A DNA stretch of 64,000 nucleotides from Hyaloraphidium curvatum SAG 235-1. Lineage: Eukaryota > Fungi > Monoblepharomycota. Position 1 is the stretch's first letter; each line of letters opens with the position of its first letter. The stretch lies in the NCBI GenBank assembly GCA_025558095.1, contig JAIVFI010000005.1:873393-937392 (forward strand), written 5' to 3'. Positions 46,976 to 59,280 of the stretch are shown one piece after another. The translations under genes were made by a program, and so were the position numbers. The notes below the pieces were generated by a model. That model saw nothing but the letters and a program-made list of their open reading frames with translations. It did not search any database and had not been told where the DNA came from.

Positions 46976-47374
46976 CACCGGCGGCGACCCGTCCGGCTTG
47001 CGGAGCAGCACCTAACCTAACCTCGAACTCGGCGCCGTCCACCGACAGCAGCCGCGCGCCCTGCCCCGCAGCCGCAGCGCGCCCGCCCACACGCCGCCGA
47101 CCATCCCGGCGGGGTTGCCGACACCCAGTCGCGCGCACTGCCGCCAGCCTCAACCGTGCGGGACGGGGCCGGTGGTCGTCGTCACCGACGTGGTGGTATT
47201 CCCTCGCGGACCCTTCGCCAATCCCCTTGAAATGCGATGTCCGATCTGCCGTCGGCGGCCACCACCAGACAAATCCATTTCTTGTTCTAGCCGGGCCTTT
47301 CGCCCCCTCTCCCCACAAAGAACCCATGCCAAAGACTCATGTCCCCTCCCCGCCACCCTGGTCCGCGCATCCAT

Positions 47375-49734
47375 CTAGACGACCCACGGCTTGAGCCACC
47401 TTTCCAGCACCAGCAGCTCCCCTTCCTGCGCCGGCAAGCCCCCCAGCCCGCCGTCCTCCCCGTCCCCGGCCGCGATGGCGTTCATGGCCACCCCGGCCTC
47501 CGCCATCTTGCGCCTGAACGCGCCGGCCACCGCGGAAGCTATCAAGGATCGCCGAGTGAGCTCCCACCCATCCGCCGGACAACGGCACCGCGACACCCAC
47601 CCAGAGGCTTGAATCGCGCCCCCAGCGCGTCCAAGCACCCAGACACCACCCGCACGTCCTCGGCCCACCCCTCCGCCACCCCCTGCCCCCTGGGCAGCAC
47701 CACCAACGCCGACAGCCCCAGCAGCCCGATGTTCAGCAGGCCGGGGAACACCGCGTAGGGCGTCCACGGCAGCCCGGGCTCGGCGAGCAGCAGCGCGCGC
47801 GCGATCCGCAGGCACACGACGGCGGCCTCGAGCACGTCCCTGTAGGCCTGCGTGGCGGCGAACTCGGGCCGGCTGAACTCCAGGTGCCCGCTGAGCCAGT
47901 TCTCCATCGGCATGCAGCGCGCGACGAACAGGTGGGCGAGGAGCGCGTGCGCGTGCGGTTCGCGGGGGAGGTACGCCTGCCAGCCCGCCAGCACCGGCTC
48001 GGGCTCGCCGCGGGCCAGGGGGGCCAGGTCGGCTGGCAGCCCCGCGAAGCACGACCGCGCGATGCCGTCGAGCGCCGCGGCGCCGGACCGGTAGGCCGCC
48101 TGCGCCGGGGTGTCGGAAGCGGGCGGCTGGCTGGCCAGCGCGACGAGGTCCAGGTCCGAGGCGGCGGCGAGGGTGCGCAGCCGGGAGCGGAGGTGCCGCA
48201 TGAACCAGCCGACGAAGGGGAGAACGGTGATGCTTGCGCGGCGGGAGCACACGGCCGCGACGGCGCGGCGGGCCTGCTCGCCCATGGGCGTCCAGTCCGC
48301 GGTGGCAGAAAGGTCCAGGAAGGCGCGGCCGTCGGAAGCCTGCTGGATGCGCCACAGAGAAAAGCCATCGGCGGGGTTGGCGTGGTCGAAGAAGAACTCG
48401 GACGCAGGAAGGGGGAGGGGGTGCGAAAAGTAAGGGTATAGGGCGTTACGGCCGACGTAGTAGCTGTACTCGCTGCAAGGCGAAAGCCGGAGAGCCGAAA
48501 TCGGGCGGCAGGCAGCGAGCGTCAGCAGGATCCATCGGTTCCGCGGCGCGAGACACCCACGCGTCCAGGCCGGCGAACGACATCCAGCACCGCAGCGCCA
48601 TCTCGGTCCGCAGCCACTCGTCCGCCGTCGCCGGGTCCGACTGGCTCCTCACCAGCGACGTCCCCGCCCCGGGCGCGCCCGGCGCCGCGCACACCCTCAG
48701 AAGCACCTGCAGCCCCGGCCGGAACATGTGCGCCACCGTCGGCACGTTCCCCGCCGGCATCAGGTACGAAAACAGGAGGATGATGGTGAGGATGGCCTCG
48801 AGGTCCGACATGGCGCGGGACCCGGGTGGCCGGTCAAAGTACCCTGCCCTGAGCGCGTCCCTCGCGCGCTCGCAGAACAGCCTGCCGTGCCGCGCGTCGT
48901 CGGGCGACGGGCCCCACGCCGATACGAACCGGGAGCCGTTCGCCGCGAGCGCGAAGAAAAGGGCGAGCGGCTTGCCCGGGCCAAAGACGGACCCGGTGGT
49001 ACCCAGCAGGGCCTGCTCGACGGCGCCGCGGTGCACCATCGGGCCCTGGGGGTGCACGTGGGTCCAGTACGCGTCGACAGCAAGGCGGAGGGCGTCCTCG
49101 ATCGAGGAGGCGTTGGCGCCGGGAGCGGCGAGGGGGCGGGGCACGGCGGCAAGGGCGGTGCCGGCGGTGGCGGGGGGCGAGGCAAAAGGGGGTCCCGAGG
49201 CGGAAAACAGGGGGTTTGGCGACGAGAAAAATCCCCCGCCGGGAGAGTAAGCCGCTCCAGCCCAGGCAAAGTCGTCCGATGGTGGCCGCAGGGCGGGGCG
49301 GGCGACCACGGCGGCCGGCAGTGGGTCCGGCTTGGCCGCCGGGGACGCCTTCCCCCCGCTGGGAGCCCTGCTGCCCTCATCCTCCTCGTTCTCCTCCTCC
49401 GAGGGCTCCTCACTGTCCTCGCTATCGTCTTCATCGCGCCGCCGCCTTTGTTGCTCGCGCTTCCGCCGCGGCACGCCCGAGGCCTCTGGCACGCACGCGC
49501 CTCCCAGCCGCAAGCACCGCAGGCACGCGTCGTCGTCCGACAGGTACTCGCACTTCTTTTTGAGGCGAGAGCATGTGAGACTATCAAGAAACGCGAGTCA
49601 CAAAGGCGATTTTATCGGAGAGTGAGAGGAGGAGGAGATGGCGTTAGAGGGGCCCGGGAGAACAGGTTACCCGCCCACCAGCTCCGCTTCGCCCGCCTCG
49701 TCCGCTTCGGCGGCGGCACACCCTCTTCCTCCAT
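47375..49734 (-). CDS. Zn(II)2Cys6 transcription factor with fungal TF middle domain (spliced)
   Basis: KRTRRAKRS(C) / CSRLKKKCEYLSDDDACLRCLRLGGAC zinc cluster; YWTHVHPQGPMVHR; EMALRCWM..LD. Confidence 0.85.
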
Positions 49735-50289
49735 GCCGCTGCCGTCCCGCCCCCGCCGTCGGGCACGCGTGCGGCGAGCGGACGCCGGGATGCTGTCGGG
49801 GGGAAAGCCCTTGCCACTTTCGAGCCGGCCAGCCGATCGCGGTTCTAGAGCCGGCGGCAAAGCAGGACGCACGCACCCCGCGGACCGCGGCCATGCATTT
49901 GGGGGACGGGCAGCGCAAGGTCACCCATCCGAGCTGCAGGGGCCGGCCCGCCTCGGCCGCCGCCGTTGCGCCCCGGCGGGAACCTAAACAGCGGCGGCCG
50001 CCTCATGCCGCCCCAGGCCACCGTGCCGCCGTGGAGGAGGTCGGAAAATTGCGACCCGCCCCGGAATCCGCTTCCCCGGTCGCCGCCGCACGGATGGGCC
50101 TACCGCCGCGGGACCGGGCACCGCATGTCGGGCCCGACAGGATGGCTGGAGGCTGCATAGCCGGTTTCGGAGGGCGGGCCGAGGGCGGCCCAGATCCCGC
50201 ACCGCCGCGCCCGGACCTTGGCTCATTTCGGCGTCCGCATCTCCGCAACTCTATCCTGCGCACCGAAACACCGCCCTTCCGCCTACCAG

Positions 50290-52056
50290 CTACACGGGAG
50301 GCTCCATCCGCCCGCCGATTGCGGCCTCGATCGCCCGCGCGGCGGCGAGCAGCTCCCCGTCCTTCCTGCGGCGCCCGACGAGCTGCACCCCGAACGGCAG
50401 GTTCTGGAGCGGAGGGGGATAGGAGCCGACGGGCAGCGCGACGACGGGTGATTGGGTGAGTGTGATCAGGTCTGCGAGGAGGGAACGCGTTCGGCAGAGT
50501 CAGATTCCCGGCATGTGCTGCCGGCCCCGCAGAGGTCCTGGTGGCAAGTTTTCGCAACCCACACGTGATCGAGATCCACTCGAAGTAGCTCGACATCTTC
50601 TTCCCGTCCACCTCCTCGGGCGCCCACATCTCCGAGTGCGGAAAAGGCGGCGCGGTCGCCGTCGGCACAACGACGATGTCGTACTCCCCGGCGACCTTCT
50701 CCTGCCACCGCGCAAAGAACAGCGCCGCGTGCGCGTGCGCGGCCATCCGGTCGTGGTACGCGTAGCCCTCGGCCGAGGCGATGTTGGCGGCGACGGGGTA
50801 CGAGAGCTTCTCCCTGTTGGCGGGGTTGCGCGCGTCGAACCGCGAGAGGAAGTGCTCCGCGCGCAGCACGGAGAAGACGTCGTGCATGGTCTTGACGTGC
50901 GGGGAGGTTTGGTTGAGGGTGGGGAGGGCGTAGACGGACGCGAGGAGCGCCGAAACGTCGCCCGAGCCGGGGGCAAAGAGGGGCAGCAGCCTGGCGACGG
51001 CGCCGGCAAAGGCCTCCCGCACGAGCGGGTCGACGGCGCACATCCCGCCCAGGTCGGGCGAGAAGCCGACCTTGAGCTTCTTGAGGTCCACGGCGGGGAG
51101 CTTGGAAGGGTGCATCTCTGCTCCCCTGATCCCGGGCCAGCTGAGCGGGTCCCGCGCGTCCTCGGCCGCGATCACCGAAGTGAAGAGCGCGAGGTCCTCG
51201 GCGGTGCGCGCCATCGGGCCTTCCACGCCCAGGGGGGAGAAGAGCAGCGATTTCTTGTGCAGGTCGGGGACCAGCCCGGGGGTGGGGCGGAGGCCTAGGA
51301 CGGAGCAGAAGGAGGCGGGGGTGCGGAGCGAGCCGCCCTGCAGGTGGGGGTGTGGGAGGTCAGATCAATCATGTCACCAGATGAAGGCAGCCCACCATGT
51401 CGGAGCCGAGGGCCAGCGGGCACATGAACGCCGAAACGGCGGCGGCGGAGCCGCCCGAGGAGCCGGCCGTGGTGAGCTTGGTATCGAACCTTCCGAGGGG
51501 TCAGGCGGTGTCAAGGCGGCGGACGGCAGACACCCACGGGTTGCCGGTGGCGCCAAAGACGAGGTTGCGCGTATTGGCACCCGCTGAACGTGGAACGGTC
51601 AGTCCCGTCTGGAAGGAGGAACGCCCTCCGGGCGAACCCACCGCCAAACTCGGGGGTGTTCGTCTTGCCCACGATGATCGCCCCCGCCTCCCTCATCCTC
51701 GCCACGGGATCGCAGTCCTTCTCGGCCGGCGCGGCATCGGCGTACATTAGGCTGCCGTACGTCGTCTTGAGCCCCTTGGCGTCGTTGAGGTCCTTGACGC
51801 CGCACGGCAGCCCGAACAGCGGCGGCAGCGTGTCCGCCGTGCCCCTTTTAATGGCATCGGCCAGCTCGGCGTCCTTCGCGGCGGCCTCGGCGCGCAGAGA
51901 TCCCTCGTCGGCGAGCGCGACGAACGCGTTGACCGCCGGGTTGGCGGCGCGGATGCGGGCGAGGCACGAGTCGAGCAGCGCGGACGGGGTGAGCGCGCCC
52001 GCGCGGAAGGCGGCGAGCGCCTCGCTGGCAGAAAGGAGGTGCGGGGCGCGGGGCAT
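50290..52056 (-). CDS. Amidase-signature family amidase (spliced)
   Basis: GLPCGVKDLND (Lys), GKTNTPEFG, TAGSSGGSAAAV, GSDM/GGSLRTPASFC (Ser-cisSer), GPMAR, LPFGVQLVG; stop at 50290-50292. Confidence 0.9.
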
Positions 52057-52132
52057 GGCGGCGGGAGAACGGGGTGGGGGGCAGAACTGGTGGGGGGCAC
52101 GGCCGATCGGTTCGACAACTAATTCAAGTACA

Positions 52133-53402
52133 TCAAAGGGTGGCATTCTGCGGCTGCGGGATCTCGAACATGACCTGCGGATGATCGATTAGCTGGATTC
52201 TCGCTCGCAAGCGGGCAGCCCACCTTGGTGCACGTCCCCCCTGCCGCGCTCTTCTTGAATGCCGCATCGACGTCCTCCAGCCCCACAAGGTCCGTGATCA
52301 TGGGCCGTACATCGACCTTCCCCGTATTGATCATCTCGAACGCCGCCCTGAAGTCCGTACCGAGCCCGCCGTAGCAGTACGACCCCCTGAAGTCGAGCTC
52401 CCGGTCCATCAGCGCGCCCACGAGGAACGCCGACAGCCGCGGCGGGGGCATGCCGATCAGCACGACGGTGCCACTGATCTTGGCTGCGCGTAGCGCTGTC
52501 TCGATGGAGCCCTCGAAGCCGGCGGCGTCGAGGACCACGTCGGGAGCAGCGGGGGCCTTGGAGAGCGCGAGGGAGGAGGCGGCGCGGGGCTCGAGGTCGG
52601 CGGTGAGGATGGCGGCGTCGACGCCCGTGAGCTGCGATGGGGAAGGGAGAATGAGCTACGGGTAGCGGCGGCGTGAGTCGCGGGGAGACCGACCGCCTTG
52701 GCCCGTTCCAGCCGTTCGGGGTTGATATCCGTGACGCCGACCCACGACGCGCCGAGCGCCTTGGAGGCCAATATGCAGTTGAGCCCGATGGGACCGGCGC
52801 CGAGCACCAGCACGCGCGAGCCGGGGCCCACGTTGCCCCTCACGGCGCCTGCAGGGACGCGGTGCGTCAGCGCCGAGGTCCGCTTTCGCGGGAAGCAGGC
52901 GGCCCACCATGGTACGACACCGCGAACGGCTCCGCGTACGCTGCCTCCGCCAGCGACACCCCCTCGTCCAGCTTGTGGCAGCACTCCTGCGGCGTGACGA
53001 AGAACCTGCTGACCATGCCCGCGACGAACGCCGGCCGCGTCACGGGCTCCAGCGCCACCCTGTCCCCGGGCTTCACGCGGGTGACCTTGGAGCCGACCGC
53101 GTGGACGATCCCGGCACCCTTGGAACGGCCCCGGCGTCAGCGGAACCGGCCGACCCGCCGGCGTTCCCCTTCCCGACCTCGTGGCCCATCGTTATCGGGT
53201 AGTTCCGCCTCATCTCCGCCTTCCACATGTGCACATCGCTCCCGCATATCCCCACGTGCGTCATCCTCACGACCACCTCGTGCGGCAGCGGCGCGGGGGC
53301 GTCGGGCGCCGCGCGCACGCCGAGCTTGTACGGCGCGTCGAGGAACAGGGACCAGTTGGCGGTGGGGCGGGACCACGAGGCGCGGATGGCGTCGGGGATC
53401 AT
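52133..53402 (-). CDS. Zn-dependent sorbitol/xylitol-dehydrogenase-like MDR lacking the structural-Zn lobe (spliced)
   Basis: GICGSDVH, GHE/GAG, KPGDRVALEP, AEP, GAGPIG, VTDINPERL, GTVVLIG, RGSYCY. Confidence 0.85.
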
Positions 53403-53570
53403 TGCGGCGCGTGGGGGGTTGGGATTGGGCGGGAGGACGGACGGTGGGAGGGAGGAGACGGCGAGGGGGAGACACTGAAGACGTGGCAACGACGGTGGCA
53501 AGTGCTCGGCGCAAGTGGCCGCAACCCCTGCGCCAGGGACCCTATTCCCGACCATTTGAGAAGCTTATCA

Positions 53571-53633
53571 GGACGTGGAATCGACAATACTCGCTGGGAA
53601 TATGCTCCAACGGATTGGATCATTGCGCCTCAG
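53571..53633 (+). repeat. 63-bp direct repeat, left copy
   Basis: Matches 55430-55492 with 3 mismatches. Confidence 0.9.
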
Positions 53634-54027
53634 TTGCGGAAGTTCCGTGAGGCTGCCTTGTCCGCGGCCATCTTCCAGAGCCTGCCCTCCTCCTACTTCC
53701 TCCCGTTGTTGCTATTGACGTAGGTTGTGGGGTGATCAGCGGCAGAGGGATGTGTAGGCCCGGGAAAGGGTGAGTGCCGCAATGGGAACCGGCGGTCGCG
53801 GGGCTTGCCGTCCGTCTCGTGCGACCCTTCCGCCCCACGTCGTTGCCCAAGTGCTCGCGAAGTCCCACGGAACGTCCTCTGCTAAACTTGAAGAAGTGGA
53901 AGCTGTGAAGCGGGAAGGCGGGAAGCGGCGGGCCCTAGCAAGGGATCGGATCCCCGCCGCACGTCGCATCCCCCCATCGCCGGAATCGCGTCTTGTCCAG
54001 GCTGCGCGACTTCTGACCTTTGCCGAC

Positions 54028-55251
54028 ATGAAGGTAGAACGTTCCTCCGAATCCCCTCCAGCGGCGCCGCCGCCCACGGTGCCCGAGCTCCCCCCCGAAG
54101 TCCTCGCCCCAGTCGTGCGTCTGCTCCGCGAACCCCGCCCCTCGGACCTCCTCGCGTTCATGCTCACATGCCGGGCGTGCTACGACTTCGGATTGCCGTT
54201 CCTGCTCGAGGACGTGTCTTTTGGGGCAAACTGGACGTCGTTTCCGGCGTTCGCGGAGGGCTACCTTGCCTCGGCCGAAACACGCCGCAGGCTGCGAGAG
54301 GTGAAGAAGATCCGGCTGAATCCCATCCTGGACGGCGCCGGTGAGGTTCTCCGGGAGTGCCTTTCGCTCGAGTCGCTCGCGGTCATCATCGAGCTGGGGG
54401 AGGACCAGCACGCCGGCTTCTCCGAAACCGAACTGGACGCCGTCCCGCCATTCTTCGACCTTCTGCCGAGCTTGTGCGCGCTGCAGCATCTCACGATCGG
54501 GACCCTCGATGCGTCCGGCGCGGGGGCCTTGGACATGCTCGCCGGGAAGCGCCTGCCGCCGTCCCTGGCCACGGTCGCGCTGTTCATCGTCGACGACGGA
54601 GACGAGGGGTCGGGATCCACGGCGCTCATGAGGCTCCTCGACACGGCGCCCGCGCTGGAAAGCTGGGGAATGTACCTCGGATTCGCGGACGGCGTCGTCG
54701 ATCTCTCGCCGTTCCCGGGTCTCGCGGGCAAGCTCCGCTGGTGGCGTTCCGAGCCGGCGCTGTTTTCGACGGGCGACCCGGCGGCGCTAGCCGCCTTTCC
54801 GAGGACGCTGCGGCGACTCGAGCTCGATGACACGGCCGGGGATCTGACCGAGGAGGAATCCATCGGCATCGTCCGGGACGCCTGGAACCTGGTGTGCGAG
54901 ATGAACGACCTCGAGCTCCTGCGCTTGGTCAGCTTCCCCTCTTCCCTCTTCCTCCGCGGCTGCCCCCGGCGCCTCAAGGTCCTGCAGCTCGAGGACCCGG
55001 TGCCGCCCACTCCGCAGGACGCCGACGCCGTGCGCGAAGCCCTGCGCACCGCCGGCGCGCGCCGCATCCAGGTCGGATTCACGGACGATGACGAGGAGAC
55101 GGTGGTCGAGCTCGTGGAGTTCTGGCGCACGGTCCCCGGGGCGGTCGTCGCCGCGGGGTTGGATGCGATCGAGGAGGTGTTTCCGTGCTGGGCTGAGGAG
55201 CCCCTGGACGAGGCGTTCGCGCACGGGTGCGATTGTTCCAATTGCTCGTAA
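54028..55251 (+). CDS. F-box protein with LRR/RNI-like repeats, intronless
   Basis: LPPEVLAPVVRLL...DLLAFMLTCRACY...LPFL; LESLAV, LQHLTI, LRRLEL, LELLRL, LKVLQL repeats. Confidence 0.75.
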   Translation: MKVERSSESPPAAPPPTVPELPPEVLAPVVRLLREPRPSDLLAFMLTCRACYDFGLPFLLEDVSFGANWTSFPAFAEGYLASAETRRRLREVKKIRLNPILDGAGEVLRECLSLESLAVIIELGEDQHAGFSETELDAVPPFFDLLPSLCALQHLTIGTLDASGAGALDMLAGKRLPPSLATVALFIVDDGDEGSGSTALMRLLDTAPALESWGMYLGFADGVVDLSPFPGLAGKLRWWRSEPALFSTGDPAALAAFPRTLRRLELDDTAGDLTEEESIGIVRDAWNLVCEMNDLELLRLVSFPSSLFLRGCPRRLKVLQLEDPVPPTPQDADAVREALRTAGARRIQVGFTDDDEETVVELVEFWRTVPGAVVAAGLDAIEEVFPCWAEEPLDEAFAHGCDCSNCS

Positions 55252-55429
55252 GACGTCGTCATCTGTACATTCGCCGTTTTCCTGCAGTCGGTTCCAAGAG
55301 ATCCAATCCTACTCCGTGACTTCCACTCGTCCGCCGAGCTGGTCTCCATGAACGATGTCCACCCCGTCCACGTCCGGCCACGGTGGAACGGGTGCCCGGC
55401 TCAGCAGAACGAACCGCGTATCGAGACCG

Positions 55430-55492
55430 GGACGTGGAATCGACAATGCTTGCTGGGAATATGCTCCAACGGATTGGATCACTGCGCCTCAG
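55430..55492 (+). repeat. 63-bp direct repeat, right copy
   Basis: Matches 53571-53633 with 3 mismatches. Confidence 0.9.
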
Positions 55493-55814
55493 CTATTCCT
55501 AACTAGGTGGATCATCGCATGGATAAAATTGCGTCCAACAGTGCGTGAGAACCTTTCGCGGAATACATTGCTCGCTCGAAAGTAGACAGATGGCGGTCGG
55601 TCCGCTCGCCTCGGGGAGTCGAGAGCCTCCGTTGCGGACCGCGCGCACCGACCGTTCGACGTGCCACACGGGCTCTATCCACAAGCGATTGGCGCCACCG
55701 GCGCAGCTGTACATCCCCCGAAGAATGGCAAAGCAATGGCAAGCGCCTTCCCGGCGCATCAAGATCCCTCCGTTCCCTTCCCGCACCCCAAGACCTCCCC
55801 GTTCCCGGGCGCGA

Positions 55815-57989
55815 TTAAGACCTCCGCTCGACGACGATCCAACCCCCCTCGACCGCGTACCCGCGGAAGCCCTTGAGCGGCGCGCCGTCGGCCGGGAGCA
55901 CCGCGTGCGCGTGCGGGTGCCCGTGCGCGTGCGCATGGTGCCCGACGCCGTGCGCGTGCAGATGCGGGTGCGGCGCCGACCCCCTCCTCCCCCCCGTCCC
56001 GTGCGCATGCGGGGCCTCCCCGAACCCCTCCTGCCTTAGCATCCGCCACACGCCCTCCCCGGTCCTGAGCTCCGCCCTTTCCAGCCGCGCACACAGGGAG
56101 ACCAGCAGCCCCACGAACTCGGGCACGCGCAGCGGGACCAGGCCGCCCATGTCGAGCCTGAGCCGGCGGAGGGAGGGGGAGCGCGTTTGGAGGAGGGAGA
56201 GCAGCGCGGCGAACTGGTGTGCGTGTGTGAGTCAGCGCGGTGTGCGGCGCGGCGGCGGAGGGGGAACGAACCTCGGTCTCGTCCCCGTAGCTCCACGCGC
56301 TCGCCGTGTGCATCCCCTCCCCCTCTTCCGCCGCCTCGTCCTCGCCGATCTCGCTCCGCCGGCGGCGCCAACCCCTCCTCCGCATCTCCACGTCGCGCTC
56401 GCCGTCCCCTTTGGGATCCTCCGCTCCGAGCCGGACGGAGAAAGACTCCAGGCGGTCGCCAAAGGCCGCCAGCACGACGCCGAGGTTCGCAGTGCTCCAC
56501 CACGTGCCCATCTCGGCCATCTCGACCGCGAGCTCGCGGGTGCCGCCCTGCGCCAGCCTCGCGCAGGCGGAGTGCAGCAGCTCCCGCCGGTACGCCGCCG
56601 GATCGCCCTGCGCGGCGCGCGGGTCGGAGGCGAGCCACCGCTGCCGCGGGCTGCCGGGGAGGCGCAGGCACGCGAGCAGCCTCCTCCCCGCGGTGCGCGC
56701 CGCGCTCCGTCTCGCCAACGCGTCCATCTCCGCGTCGTCCGCCGTCGGATCCGCCACAAAGTCTTCCGGGGGAGGGACGTCCACCGCCGCGCGCCCGTCG
56801 CCGAGGAGCAAGCGGCGCGCGGGGGGCAGCGAGAGCAGCATGCCGCCCATCCACGGGCTCCTGACCCCCCGCGCGTCGATCTCGTCGCACCCGCTCGCGC
56901 CCCGCAGCGCGCCGATGTCCGAGGCGCGGTACGCCGGTGCGTAGGGGAGAAGGAGGCGGCCGACGGGGCCGGCGAGGCGGATCAGGGGCGCGAGGAGTGA
57001 CCACATCGCCGCCGGGCCGGGGAAGGTGCCCGGGAGCATGGGGGCGGAGAGGTCGAGGGTGCCGATCCGCGGCCCAGGCTTGGTCTGTGCGCGGGGGCGG
57101 GCGGTAGGGGGGCGGGAAGGGGGGTCCGCGTGGGGTGCGGGCACCCGGCGAGGGAAGATGGGGGCGGGAGGGGGCAGCGCGGGGACGGGGCGGGGGTTGC
57201 GGTGCAGGAACAGGAGGAAAGCGTGGCAGTGTTCCGCGGTGGGGAGGCGCACGTGGGAGTAGAGGTGGGGCTGGGAGGCGAGGGGGCGTCAGCACTCGAT
57301 ACGGCGGTGATCAGCGGTGATCAGCGGTGGCGGGGGCACTCCCGTGCCGAGAGCACCCCTGTCACCGCGATCCCAGCACGGCAACGCACCTTTGCGTACG
57401 ACCACCACACCCTGCCGACCCTGCCTGCAGCCAGCACGTCCCTCGGCCTCCTCAGCCTGCGCACGATCTTCTCGACCAGCTCGGGCGGCAGGTAGCCCTT
57501 CTTGTAGTTCGGCGGTGGGCAGGCGGGTGCGTGTGCGACGAGGGCGCCGACCACCGCGCGGCCGTACTGCTTGGGCAGGCCGGGCAGGCCGGGCGGCAGC
57601 ACCTCGATGGCGTCGTCGGCGGGCGCGGCGGGCGGGGCGGGCAGGGCGACCTCGAATGCCTGGCGCTTGGGGGCGCCGACGGATGGACCGGGGCGGGCGG
57701 GGGCATCGCGCAGGCGCAGAAGGAGGTCGGCGTCGTCGGCGTCCGAGGTGCAGTCGTCCTCATCGGGGTCGGCGAGCGGCGAGCCGGGCGGCGGCGGGGC
57801 GACGGCGACGGCCGCCCGCGGCCCCCACTTGTCCGCCTGGGCGTGGTGCGCGTGCTTAGAGTGGTCGTCGTGGTCGTCGTGCAGGGCGAGCAGCAGCTCC
57901 TTGAAGTTGGGCAGGTGCGGCAGCGTCGACTTGCGGCGGGCGGGCACCGCGGCGTCGCGGGCCTCGGCGGGGAGAGATATGGCCGTCAT
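55815..57989 (-). CDS. F-box protein with His-rich termini (about 2 introns)
   Basis: YLPPELVEKIVRRL...VLAAGRVGRVWW / PHLYSHVRL; IGTLDLS, LESFSV, LRRLRL; HDDHDDHSKHAHH and HPHLHAHGVGHHAHAHGHPHAH. Confidence 0.65.
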
Positions 57990-59280
57990 GATCGGGAAAT
58001 CGACCTCACCGGCGGTGCGGAGGCGCCGGCGACGGCACCCGGCCTCGTGGCAAAGAGGTCCCTTCGGCCGGCTGCCCTTCTCGCGGCGGCCGAAATCCGC
58101 TGCTGCCCTCTCGCAAGGCCTTGCGGCGGGGCCCGAATCGACCGCGGGCGGCGTCCCAAGGCGCAGGGCCCGGAATCAGGAGGGGGGCCGGGGGTCGGGA
58201 GGAGCAGGAGTTGGGGCGTGACGGCGGCGGGGGCTGGGGCCGACGGGCCGCTTGAAGAGAGCACCCGGAGTCTCCCACGCCGCAAGCCACCCCGCCGAGA
58301 CTGCACGGCCCTGCACATCCTCCGCCGCGGATCAGAACGCTTGCATATATTCCCTACCAGTCCCCGGGCGCCGATCCGCGCCGTTCACCACCCCCACCGC
58401 ACCACGCCCGTTCTGCTGCCCGCCACCGATAGCAAGCTTCGCAAGGGCACCCGCGCACATCGCGTGCTCGGCTTACCTCCCCACCGCACAAAAGGGCGGA
58501 TCATCTTGCCAAGGGACTATTCTGGGTGGGAGCGGGCGATTTCATGCATTGCCCTGTTGGGTTGGGATGCGTCTCCGGCGGCGGGTGGGCACGGCGGCAA
58601 CCGCGGTCCCCGCCCTTCCCCTGCGGCGGCCGCGGGCCGGCCGACGGGTGGATCCCGTCCTCTCGAGGCCGCGGAAGGTGTTCGGGTGGGGTGGGGAGGG
58701 GAGGGAAGGCAGGGGAAGGCGGGGGAGGGAGGCGGAGAGGCGGAGGTCCCTTCGAGCCTAAACTGCGGTGGCAAGAGCGGTCAGGCTGCCGCAGAGGCAC
58801 GCAGAGGCCAGCGCATGCGCTGCATGGCCTACAGTACGTTCTGTTCGTCCCCGTGAGCAAGTCTTGGGCCAGCGTCGGCCCCGCGTGAGACCGTGGAGGA
58901 TCCGCTCCCCTCGCCGTGATCGCACCAGCAAGACCGCTAGGCCCCCGTTGGCGCCGGACTGGCCGACAGCCGTGCGCCCGCGTTGCCAGACGCGGACGGC
59001 CGGTGTCCTCGACCCGGTGCCGGTCGCTGGCTAGCGAAAAACGATGTAGGGACCGTACACCGGATGCAATGGCATGACCAAAACGCAGCAGAGACGAGAG
59101 GTCCGGAGCGCCGCAATGGGGGGGCCAGAAATAGGGGTCGCTGCCGTCTGGAGGTGTGCATACCATGTCCTCGCGCCACCTCGGACGGGACGCCGAGCCC
59201 TCGCAGGCAGACGTGCGCCTGGCTCCGTGGTTGCCGTAACTGATCACCAGCGAGCCCCCGAACGCCTTCCCGCGGACTGA

